This document shows positions 1 through 7,831 of a DNA stretch of 64,000 nucleotides, piece by piece. The notes beneath the pieces are model-generated. The model was not told the origin of the DNA, did no database searches, and saw only the letters and a list, made by a program, of their open reading frames with translations. The first letter of the stretch is position 1. Every line of letters starts with the position of its first letter. Source of the DNA: a virus (Duplodnaviria; Caudoviricetes); the IMG/VR virus record IMGVR_UViG_3300021139_001731, positions 1,580 to 65,579 of that record. One strand, written 5' to 3'. The position numbers and the translations under genes were made by a program.

Positions 1-118
1 AAAACAAAAAAAATATAATACTCTACTATAAAAAATAATCCAAAAATTTGATTAATATTAAATACAAACCTAAACCCAAATATATGATTTAAATTTTGTT
101 AATTAATATTAATTTAGT

Positions 119-127
119 ATATTTATA
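119..127 (+). promoter_or_regulatory. ATATTTATA motif, candidate phage late promoter
   Basis: Same 9-mer found 4-19 nt upstream of seven ATGs, mostly of virion genes; here 15 nt before ATG 143. Confidence 0.45.
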
Positions 128-142
128 TTAAAATAGAAAAAT

Positions 143-1639
143 ATGAGAACAGTTTTAATAGGATCTGACTTTATGTATGATTCCAATGGAGATTTAAAGA
201 TTTTAGAAGTAAATACTAATATAACTTTAAATGTAAATGACAAAGTAGAAAACACAGAAGATGTATTTGATTTTTCACATTTACAATCATTTATATCAGA
301 TAGAGGATTCACAAGTATTGTTTATATTGGAAGTTTAATGGAGTTAGATACTGAATTGAAAACTTTTTGTGAAACTTTAAATATATCTTATACATTTTAT
401 AATGTTGGTGGTAACGCATTAACCGTACCATATGTTGAAGATGGTGATGATGTTTTAATTATTAGAAGTGCGTATGATACTACGGCTATTATTGATGATT
501 CATATTGTGCAGATAAATTCAATTTTGTAGAATTAATATCTAATGAAACATTTGGTTTACCCTATGCTTTAATTGATTCAACTAATACATTAGTAAATAC
601 AATTACTGAATTACCTGATAATGGTGTTCATCCAAATTTTATACTTAAATCTAGATATCCAAGTTATGATTTTAATGTTTACCCAAAATTATTTAAAATA
701 ACAAATTTAACTGAACTAGATATGGTAATTTCTGAGAATGTTAGTAATGAAGCACTTTTAGTTCCATATATATTCAATCCTAACAAATTATATAACGGAA
801 CACATATTCAAGCTATTAGAAGTTATAATATTCTTTATCCACCAACATTGGAATCTTTTAGTATTGGGCAATATACTGCAATTGGTGGTAATGCAGTTAC
901 TGAAACTCCATCTTATGATCCTACAACTTTAGTTTTAAATAGTATAGATAGAAACAAATATTTAACTAAACAAATGGATTATGATGGTTATCCAAAGGTT
1001 AGAAATACCGATAAATTATTATTGGCAGATGGTACTTGGGCTTCACCTGACCAAATTCAAGTAGGTACAATGTTAAAAACAATCAAAATACCAAATCCTA
1101 ATGGAATTGAGGTTACAAATGAATTTGGTGATTTTAATATGACATTGAATGACTTTAATTCAGGTGTTTCATATACTGAGGATAAAGTTTTAGGAGTTGA
1201 ATATGTAAATACTTTGAATAGATTAATTACAATAACATTTACGGATGGTAGTACTTGGTCAGATGGTCAATTTGTTAATTTTTTATGTGATATAAATAAT
1301 GATATTAGATGGCAAAGAGCGGATTTATTAAAGGCTGGTGATAAATTAATTGCATTAGAAGATGCAACAAGTTCAATTGTATTTGATACCACAAAGGAAG
1401 TTCAATCAATTACACTTACAACGGATTTTTTCACAGGTTGGGCTTTTACTGTTGAAAATGATCACTTATGGATTGTTCAAGATACTACTAATAATAATAA
1501 TTTTGCATTAGTAGAACATAACACATCTTGTTCAGCTTGTACAAGACTTTGTTCAGTTCAGTGTCCTGCTTGTCCTTCTAAATCACAACCTGCATGTGCT
1601 TCTAATCCGGCACCTGCAATATGTGTTTCTCAATGTTAA
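143..1639 (+). CDS. Fusion of circularly permuted ATP-grasp-like domain, Hint (intein-like) domain and C-terminal 8-Cys peptide
   Basis: N-terminal GSDFMYDSNGDLKILEVNTN (D...ExN metal-binding motif), FILKS and IRSY ATP-grasp-like motifs. aa ~285-460 Hint-like: LLLADGTW...IQVG, ITFTDG, W.RADLLKAGD, FTVENDH, ending VEHN. Then 38 aa with 8 Cys. Confidence 0.7.
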   Translation: MRTVLIGSDFMYDSNGDLKILEVNTNITLNVNDKVENTEDVFDFSHLQSFISDRGFTSIVYIGSLMELDTELKTFCETLNISYTFYNVGGNALTVPYVEDGDDVLIIRSAYDTTAIIDDSYCADKFNFVELISNETFGLPYALIDSTNTLVNTITELPDNGVHPNFILKSRYPSYDFNVYPKLFKITNLTELDMVISENVSNEALLVPYIFNPNKLYNGTHIQAIRSYNILYPPTLESFSIGQYTAIGGNAVTETPSYDPTTLVLNSIDRNKYLTKQMDYDGYPKVRNTDKLLLADGTWASPDQIQVGTMLKTIKIPNPNGIEVTNEFGDFNMTLNDFNSGVSYTEDKVLGVEYVNTLNRLITITFTDGSTWSDGQFVNFLCDINNDIRWQRADLLKAGDKLIALEDATSSIVFDTTKEVQSITLTTDFFTGWAFTVENDHLWIVQDTTNNNNFALVEHNTSCSACTRLCSVQCPACPSKSQPACASNPAPAICVSQC

Positions 1640-1663
1640 TAAATTAAATTAAAATATAATAAA

Positions 1664-1753
1664 ATGGCTAAAATTATATCGGATATTGATATCCAAACTA
1701 TGAATACAATTACAACTCAAATTGGTAATTTAATTGTAACAACACATTCTTAA
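1664..1753 (+). CDS. Putative 29-aa micro-protein MAKIISDIDIQTMNTITTQIGNLIVTTHS
   Basis: ATG preceded by an A-rich leader like neighbouring genes; fills the gap between ORFs 143-1639 and 1771-2052; below the ORF-track cutoff. Confidence 0.4.
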   Translation: MAKIISDIDIQTMNTITTQIGNLIVTTHS

Positions 1754-1770
1754 ATTAAATAAAAGGTTAT

Positions 1771-2052
1771 ATGTTCAATTTTAAAGAAATTATTGAAGCC
1801 TGGATTATTGCAGGTAATCCAACCGATGCACAGAGAGAACTGGCCGAGGCTAGAGGTAAAATTTGTGATGAGTGCCCTTCTAAAAAAAGATTGTTTAAAG
1901 AAAAACAATGGGGGGAATACTGTGGTGAATGTGGGTGTCCAATTGGTAAAAAAATATTTACAAACGATTTCAATCCATGTCCACTAAAAAAATGGGAAGA
2001 AGTAGATGATAAATACTATCCCAATACAAAAAAGAAAAAAACATTATTTTAA
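1771..2052 (+). CDS. Small Cys-rich putative metal-binding protein
   Basis: CDEC...CGECGC...CPLKKW pattern, 6 Cys in 93 aa. Confidence 0.65.
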   Translation: MFNFKEIIEAWIIAGNPTDAQRELAEARGKICDECPSKKRLFKEKQWGEYCGECGCPIGKKIFTNDFNPCPLKKWEEVDDKYYPNTKKKKTLF

Positions 2053-2057
2053 AGATA

Positions 2058-2465
2058 ATGCATTTATATAAACATAGAAGTTATTTTGAAAAGTGGGATA
2101 AAAATAAAACATATAATTGGATTCCGAGCGATGATAAAGAAAGATTTGAATTAGCTTATAAAGAAAATCCAACGGATGAAAATTTGTTATATTATTTAAA
2201 AAATCCAATTGAATATAAACTAAATAATGAAGGATTTAGAACATTCGATGATTTTAATTCAACAGATGAGGGTAATGTATTTTTAGGGTGTTCACATACT
2301 TTTGGTATTGGACATCATTTAGAAAACACCTGGTCATATAAATTAAATGAAACGATTGGTGGTAAATTTTGGAATTTATCATTGGGGGGAACTGGTGTTA
2401 CTACTGCATTTAGATTATTATGTGGATATAGTAAAGAATTAAAAATTGAAAAAACATTGTTATAG
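2058..2465 (+). CDS. SGNH/GDSL-like protein, apparently C-terminally truncated
   Basis: GCSHTFG block I and NLSLGG block II-like motifs; only 135 aa and lacks the terminal His motif seen in paralogues. Confidence 0.5.
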   Translation: MHLYKHRSYFEKWDKNKTYNWIPSDDKERFELAYKENPTDENLLYYLKNPIEYKLNNEGFRTFDDFNSTDEGNVFLGCSHTFGIGHHLENTWSYKLNETIGGKFWNLSLGGTGVTTAFRLLCGYSKELKIEKTLL

Positions 2466-3214
2466 TGAAGCTGATATGGACATATGATGATACAACCGGT
2501 AAAAGTTTTTATAAAGATGAACACCGAATCACTTTAATAAATTATTATATTCTATCAATTACAAATGCTAAAAAATTAGGATATAAAACAATAATTTATA
2601 CTACAAATATTTCTAAAAAATATTTTGAAAACATAGTAGATGAAATAATTGTTGTTAATAGACCATATGATACGAAAGTTTGGGATTATTTAAAAATATA
2701 TGTTTTAGAAAATAGAAATGATAATTTTTGTTTAATCGATGGTGATTTAATTTTAAATAAAAAATTACCAATCTTTACAGAAGAAGTTTTATTTGATTCA
2801 GTTGATGATTGGAATTGGGAATATGAATATAATGATATTGTAAATCAATTTGCAAATTTAGGTATAAATGAAATAATTGATTTTTGGTCAACGGTAAAAA
2901 TACCAACAATGAATTTAGGTATATTATATATAGCAAATGATTTAATTAAAAATGAATATATACAAATGTGGAAAAAGATGAACCAATGGTTAAATATACA
3001 AACGCAAGAAATAAACTTTGATTTGGCAACTATGGTAATTAGTCAGTACCTATTAACATTAATTTGCAAAAAAAATAATGTAACAACTAAATCTTTCAGA
3101 AAAAACACAACTACAAAAAGTGATTTCTACAACCATTATATAGGTGATATTAAATTTAAAGAAAGTTTAGTTCCAAACGATACAATAATAAAAATTAATA
3201 AAACTTTTTTATGA
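2465..3214 (+). CDS. Putative nucleotide-sugar transferase (GT-A-like)
   Basis: GTG start overlapping the previous stop; LIDGDL DxD motif and MNLGILY. Confidence 0.5.
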   Translation: MKLIWTYDDTTGKSFYKDEHRITLINYYILSITNAKKLGYKTIIYTTNISKKYFENIVDEIIVVNRPYDTKVWDYLKIYVLENRNDNFCLIDGDLILNKKLPIFTEEVLFDSVDDWNWEYEYNDIVNQFANLGINEIIDFWSTVKIPTMNLGILYIANDLIKNEYIQMWKKMNQWLNIQTQEINFDLATMVISQYLLTLICKKNNVTTKSFRKNTTTKSDFYNHYIGDIKFKESLVPNDTIIKINKTFL

Positions 3215-3735
3215 TTCATATAACTAATAATTTATTAAAAGAAACCGAACTATCTGTAATACAAAATATATGTGAAAATTTTGAAACATTTGAAGTAGAT
3301 AGTCCTAAAGGAAATGAGAATAATAATTCATACAATAGAGTATTTGTAGATGATGCTAAATTACAAACTTATTATCATGACTTAATAAACTATTTAGAAC
3401 AAACTATTGATAAAAATAAATTTGAAATATTAGAATTTCCTAAACCAAAAACATGGATAAATAAAGTAATTCCGGAAACTAATAAAAATGATTCATTTCA
3501 TTATGATATGTCTTTCTTAACTGCAATTACATATTTAAATGAAGATTTTATTGGTGGTGAATTTACATATATAAACGAATTTGGTGGTACTACAAAACTA
3601 AATCCAAAAATGAATAAAACACTTATAATGGATAAAAATCTATACCATAAAGTTTCACCTGTTTTATCTGGTGTTAGATTTAGTTTAGTTACTTTTTTCA
3701 ATTTCAATGCAAAAAATACTAAAACAATTGTATAA
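3211..3735 (+). CDS. 2OG-Fe(II) oxygenase (prolyl-4-hydroxylase-like)
   Basis: HYD, YLNEDFIGGE, HKVSPV, RFSLV facial-triad motifs. Confidence 0.85.
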   Translation: MIHITNNLLKETELSVIQNICENFETFEVDSPKGNENNNSYNRVFVDDAKLQTYYHDLINYLEQTIDKNKFEILEFPKPKTWINKVIPETNKNDSFHYDMSFLTAITYLNEDFIGGEFTYINEFGGTTKLNPKMNKTLIMDKNLYHKVSPVLSGVRFSLVTFFNFNAKNTKTIV

Positions 3736-3827
3736 TGAAACAATATACAATTTCATTTCCAAAAACACTTTGGTATTTTGGTGTAGGTAAAGAAAACGCA
3801 GATAAACAAATACATTATTATAACTAA
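3735..3827 (+). CDS. Possible 30-aa micro-ORF MKQYTISFPKTLWYFGVGKENADKQIHYYN
   Basis: TAATG coupling to the upstream stop; no homology evidence. Confidence 0.3.
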   Translation: MKQYTISFPKTLWYFGVGKENADKQIHYYN

Positions 3828-3848
3828 TTGATTATCAACAAGTTATAA
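3818..3848. repeat. Interrupted palindrome TTATAACT-aa-TTGAT-t-ATCAA-ca-AGTTATAA
   Basis: Outer 8-bp and inner 5-bp arms are exact reverse complements. Confidence 0.7.
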
Positions 3849-3864
3849 AAAATACCCTAAAATA

Positions 3865-3896
3865 GTTGAAAATTAGATAAAAAAGTCGTATCTTTG
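3865..3896 (+). promoter_or_regulatory. Bacteroidota-type -33/-7 promoter
   Basis: GTTG 3865-3868, 20-nt spacer, TAtcTTTG 3889-3896, upstream of ATG 3921. Confidence 0.7.
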
Positions 3897-3920
3897 ACTA
3901 TAAACATTAAACTCTAAGAT

Positions 3921-4529
3921 ATGAAGATTTTATCCATTATTGGTATTATATTGTTATGTGCATGCAATAAAGAAGTTACTACACCAATACCACCACAACA
4001 TTCAGTTTTCTTTTCAATAGATTCAGTATTAAATAGGACAGGTTCAAATTCACTTACTTTGGATAAGAATGGATTTTATCATATGATTATTGATACAATG
4101 TCTTTCCAAAACTTAGCTCGTATAACAGGTACATTTTTAGTAGATGGTAAACCAAATAAAATACCATCGCCGGTCGATGAACAAATATTATGGAGTAGTG
4201 ACCATTATTGGGTATTAAGTGCAGGTGATACCGTTGCACAATTAGTAAAAACTTATTTTAATACTTTTACCGGTAAATTAATGACAGTTAATCTTAAACC
4301 ATTAATTTCATATCAATCATATTTAGTTCCTACAATAAATCCTGTTTCATATTCGGATAGAAGTAATGGTGAGGTTAATACAATGTTTGCCCCGGTTTCG
4401 GCAATGAAAGGAGATACTATTACAATTACAGGTAAGGCAAAATATACCATAGAGATACCAAATTCAAAATTATTTTCAGATGTTAAAATTGATTCAATTC
4501 AGAAATCAATCCGAATTATTTGTGATTAA
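3921..4529 (+). CDS. Putative lipoprotein
   Basis: MK + hydrophobic stretch + LCAC lipobox (Cys15). Confidence 0.65.
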   Translation: MKILSIIGIILLCACNKEVTTPIPPQHSVFFSIDSVLNRTGSNSLTLDKNGFYHMIIDTMSFQNLARITGTFLVDGKPNKIPSPVDEQILWSSDHYWVLSAGDTVAQLVKTYFNTFTGKLMTVNLKPLISYQSYLVPTINPVSYSDRSNGEVNTMFAPVSAMKGDTITITGKAKYTIEIPNSKLFSDVKIDSIQKSIRIICD

Positions 4530-4549
4530 AGAAAAAATTTGTATATTTG
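4519..4549 (+). promoter_or_regulatory. Bacteroidota-type -33/-7 promoter
   Basis: TTTG 4519-4522, 19-nt spacer, TAtaTTTG 4542-4549. Confidence 0.7.
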
Positions 4550-4553
4550 AGTT

Positions 4554-4856
4554 ATGATAACAATGCCACAAACACCAATTACCGACCACTCATTTAAGAA
4601 GTGGGGAGCAATAAAAATAGAGGAAAGTGATGAAGAGTCAGAATTTTATTATTGGATATTACCACTACCAAAAGAAGATGATGATGTTAGTGATAGACCT
4701 ACACTTATATCAATAGCAAACGATGAATGGAAAACAATGGATATTAATGAGGGTGAATATTTAATGACCCTTTTTGATAATTTACCAATGTTAGAAACCG
4801 AAGAAGAAGTAGAATTATTATATAAAATCTTAACAAAAGAAAATCTAACAAAATGA
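4554..4856 (+). CDS. Hypothetical acidic protein
   Basis: 100-aa ORF behind a promoter, ATGA-coupled to the next gene. Confidence 0.6.
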   Translation: MITMPQTPITDHSFKKWGAIKIEESDEESEFYYWILPLPKEDDDVSDRPTLISIANDEWKTMDINEGEYLMTLFDNLPMLETEEEVELLYKILTKENLTK

Positions 4857-5536
4857 AAAAAACAGATGTAGAATTACAGCAAAACTATGATAAGTTTATT
4901 GCTATTATTAAAAAGTATTTTACCGGAGAAAGATTAGACAAATTATTGTTTATGTATTCCGAAGATGAATTGGGTGGTAATTTAATGGTATCACCTGCAA
5001 GTGGTAACACTGGTTATCACAATGCATATGAGGGTGGATATATTGACCATATCTTTAATGTATGTAAAAATGCGTTAAAGATGAAAGAATTATTTATTGC
5101 ACAAGGTGGTACACAAGATTTCACAGATGAGGAATTAATATTTTGTGCAATACACCATGATTTGGGTAAATTAGGTACTAAAGAGGAATTGCATTATGTT
5201 CCAAATGATAGTAAATGGCATATTGAGAATAAAGGTGATGTGTATAAAAGAAATACTAAGAATCAATATATGACAATTACAGATAGAACATTCTTTACTT
5301 TACAACACTATGGTATTGTAATTAATGAGAATGAATATTTTGGTATTAAGTTGACCGATGGTATGTATGATGAAGATAACCAAAAGTATCTTAAAACTTT
5401 CAATAAAGATAATGTACTTAAATCATCTATTGCAAAAATAATGCATTGGGCAGACCATATGAGTACGGTTATTGAGCAATCACATAATAAGTCAGAAAAA
5501 TCTGACACATTTACGTTCAATGTTGGAAAATTCTAA
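4853..5536 (+). CDS. HD-domain phosphohydrolase
   Basis: HNAYEGGYIDH, IHHDLGK, HWAD motifs. Confidence 0.85.
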   Translation: MKKTDVELQQNYDKFIAIIKKYFTGERLDKLLFMYSEDELGGNLMVSPASGNTGYHNAYEGGYIDHIFNVCKNALKMKELFIAQGGTQDFTDEELIFCAIHHDLGKLGTKEELHYVPNDSKWHIENKGDVYKRNTKNQYMTITDRTFFTLQHYGIVINENEYFGIKLTDGMYDEDNQKYLKTFNKDNVLKSSIAKIMHWADHMSTVIEQSHNKSEKSDTFTFNVGKF

Positions 5537-5574
5537 CAAATTGTCAGTTCAATCCCAATGGTACGGATATTGTA
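5533..5574 (+). promoter_or_regulatory. sigma54-like -24/-12 element with adjacent palindrome upstream of hsp20
   Basis: TGGTACGgataTTGT 5559-5573 versus consensus TGGCACG-N4-TTGC (GG-N10-G spacing kept); imperfect dyad CTAACAAATTGTCAG 5533-5547. Confidence 0.5.
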
Positions 5575-5613
5575 TTATATAGAGTATTATTAACAAAACA
5601 AAAACATTAAATT

Positions 5614-6036
5614 ATGTATTTAGTAGATTACAACAAATTAGTTGAAAATTGGTTTGCAGATGATTACAGCCAAAATTGGAAAACAACAACAGGTACTAAA
5701 ACCACTTACAAAACATCAACACAAAGAGTAGCAATTGACATTACAGATGATGTATTGGAGATTGGGTTATTAGTTCCAGGACATTCAGCAGACACATTAA
5801 CATTAGATTATGAGTCTGATAAAATTAGAGTTAAATCTAAAGCAAACGATGATGAAGATACCAAACCTTCTAAAATTCAAAATGAGTTAATTCAAACAAT
5901 TGATGAGACATTAACTATTGGAAAAGATTGGGATGGTGCAAAGGCGGAAGCCACAATTACAAACGGCGTTCTTTATATATCTATTCCAAAATTTGAAGAG
6001 AGAAAGCCAAAAAAACTATCCATTAAAGTTGGTTAG
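5614..6036 (+). CDS. Small heat-shock protein (Hsp20/alpha-crystallin)
   Basis: LEIGLLVPGHS...IRVKS and AEATITNGVLYISIPK alpha-crystallin motifs, 140 aa. Confidence 0.85.
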   Translation: MYLVDYNKLVENWFADDYSQNWKTTTGTKTTYKTSTQRVAIDITDDVLEIGLLVPGHSADTLTLDYESDKIRVKSKANDDEDTKPSKIQNELIQTIDETLTIGKDWDGAKAEATITNGVLYISIPKFEERKPKKLSIKVG

Positions 6037-6059
6037 TTCAGTTATATTTCGTATATTTG
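6028..6059 (+). promoter_or_regulatory. Bacteroidota-type -33/-7 promoter
   Basis: GTTG 6028-6031, 20-nt spacer, TAtaTTTG 6052-6059. Confidence 0.65.
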
Positions 6060-6089
6060 AAGGGTAGTCTAAACAACTACCCTTTTTTT
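6060..6089 (+). terminator. Intrinsic terminator after hsp20
   Basis: Stem AGGGTAGT / ACTACCCT, 7-nt loop, followed by a T run. Confidence 0.8.
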
Positions 6090-6977
6090 ATGAGCGAATA
6101 TTCACAAATACTTCCGTTAAGAACAGACATGAAAGTAGTAGACCAATTTGGGTTTCTACCATTATCAATTAATAGACCAACAAAAGAAAGCAAAAACAAA
6201 TGGAAAGATGCTTATCTTAATGATGGTAAAAACGAAGAACGTAGAGGTAACACTGGTTGGCTGCCACATTATGCATTTTCAGAATTTCACGCCGGTTTAG
6301 CAGAAAACATTTTAAAGTTTTGGTCTATGAAAGGTAGTAGAGTTGTAGACCCATTTGCTGGTAGAGTGACCAGAGCATATGTTGCAACAAAGTTAGGTAG
6401 AGAGTACACAGGGTTCGAAATTTCCCCTAAAACTTACGAAAGGATACATGAACACTTTACTGGGTTTGGTATGAAAACTCCCGTTATAAATGGTGATGGT
6501 ACATTAATGGAAGAAATCGAAGATAAGTATGCAGATTTAATTATGACCTGTCCACCTTATTTTGATTTAGAAAAATATGAATCAGTACCTAATCAATTAT
6601 CAGATGAATCAAATTATGAAATGTTTATGAATAAAATTGATTTGTGTGTAGGTAATTGTTATAGAGTATTAAAGAGTGGTGCATTTGCATGTTGGGTTGT
6701 AGGTGATATTCGTAGTAAAGGTAAATTCTTAAACTTTCACGGTGATGTTATCAATTCCTTTAAGAAGCACGGATTTTTACAACACGATATAGTTATACTA
6801 GAAAATATTTCACCATTTGCAGCATTACAGATTGGTAAAACTGCAGCAAATCGTTACACATCAAAAGTACATGAATATCTATTAGTGTTTAGAAAACCTG
6901 GAGAATATGAAATTCCAGATTATGTAACACCAGATGAATTAGAACAAGAAACAAAATTAGCAGAATTTTTTAGTTAA
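6090..6977 (+). CDS. Amino (N4-C/N6-A) DNA methyltransferase
   Basis: Motif I VDPFAG and motif IV TCPPY. Start moved to ATG 6090 because the TTG at 6057 lies inside the promoter. Confidence 0.85.
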   Translation: MSEYSQILPLRTDMKVVDQFGFLPLSINRPTKESKNKWKDAYLNDGKNEERRGNTGWLPHYAFSEFHAGLAENILKFWSMKGSRVVDPFAGRVTRAYVATKLGREYTGFEISPKTYERIHEHFTGFGMKTPVINGDGTLMEEIEDKYADLIMTCPPYFDLEKYESVPNQLSDESNYEMFMNKIDLCVGNCYRVLKSGAFACWVVGDIRSKGKFLNFHGDVINSFKKHGFLQHDIVILENISPFAALQIGKTAANRYTSKVHEYLLVFRKPGEYEIPDYVTPDELEQETKLAEFFS

Positions 6978-7831
6978 TGAATTTAAGTAATTACGATACT
7001 ATATATTTTAACGGATGTTCGTTTACCGAAGGTGGTGGATTTGAAGCAGGTAAGGTATGGATTAAAAATGCATATAAACAAAAATATGGATTTGAATATA
7101 TTAACGAACAAGAAGTATGTTATCCTACCATAGTTCAAACTTTATTACCCAATTTAAAGGTTATAAATGATGCAAAAAGTGGTAGTGGAACTGAACGTGT
7201 TATTAGACGTACTTGGGAATACATTTTTAAAAATGGATTAGATAAAAGTAAAAAAACAATATTCAGTTTAGAACTACCTGGTTCAATTTCTAGATTAGAT
7301 TTATTTTCAAATGAAGAATACGAATATTTGGTTGGAAATATTGAATATAATGAAAAAGGAAAAGTAAACGATACACAAATTGTAGTAGATTGGATATATG
7401 GACCACCACTAAATGAAAATTATAGAAATGAAACAAGAAGAATTTTAAAAGAATATTCAGAAGCATTTATACATCCTGTTGAAAAAGAAAAACAGGTTGC
7501 ATATTCTTTATTTGGATTAGCTAGTTTTATGATATTAAATGATATTCAATTTTATTTTAGTGGAGATACTAGCTATACACAATACCATTTAAATTTACAA
7601 TATGATTATCCTAATTTTAATAACGAACATATTTTAAATCTAAAAATAGATAATAATTATTACAATAATATAGTAACTTTTGCAGATACAACAAAAACAA
7701 AAATATCAGATGAAGTTGGAGTAGATGTAACAACGGATGGTCATCCAGGTTTTCAGGCACATAAAGATTGGGCAAAGGCATTTGTGGATTTTTTACAAAA
7801 TAAAGATAATTATAAAAAACAAATAATATGA
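6977..7831 (+). CDS. SGNH/GDSL-like hydrolase or acyltransferase
   Basis: GCSFTEGGG, AKSGSG, terminal DGHP. Confidence 0.65.
   Translation: MNLSNYDTIYFNGCSFTEGGGFEAGKVWIKNAYKQKYGFEYINEQEVCYPTIVQTLLPNLKVINDAKSGSGTERVIRRTWEYIFKNGLDKSKKTIFSLELPGSISRLDLFSNEEYEYLVGNIEYNEKGKVNDTQIVVDWIYGPPLNENYRNETRRILKEYSEAFIHPVEKEKQVAYSLFGLASFMILNDIQFYFSGDTSYTQYHLNLQYDYPNFNNEHILNLKIDNNYYNNIVTFADTTKTKISDEVGVDVTTDGHPGFQAHKDWAKAFVDFLQNKDNYKKQII

Noticed and set aside
995-1522. Canonical mobile intein in ORF 143-1639
   Set aside because: Cys1 and block B His appear absent, there is no homing endonuclease, and the C-extein is only a 38-aa peptide
1523-1636. Graspetide (microviridin-like) core peptide
   Set aside because: No Asp or Glu to form omega-ester or amide crosslinks
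2463-2468. Stop-codon reassignment (TAG read-through) explaining the short SGNH gene
   Set aside because: The TAG is followed in frame by TGA. All long genes are intact under the standard code, and other TAG stops fall at sensible gene ends
4853-5536. HD protein as a DatZ-type dATPase of a Z-base (2-aminoadenine) system
   Set aside because: No PurZ or associated genes in the window; the HD motif alone is not diagnostic
6057-6089. TTG start at 6057 for the DNA methyltransferase
   Set aside because: Lies within the -7 promoter box and terminator; ATG 6090 is the plausible start
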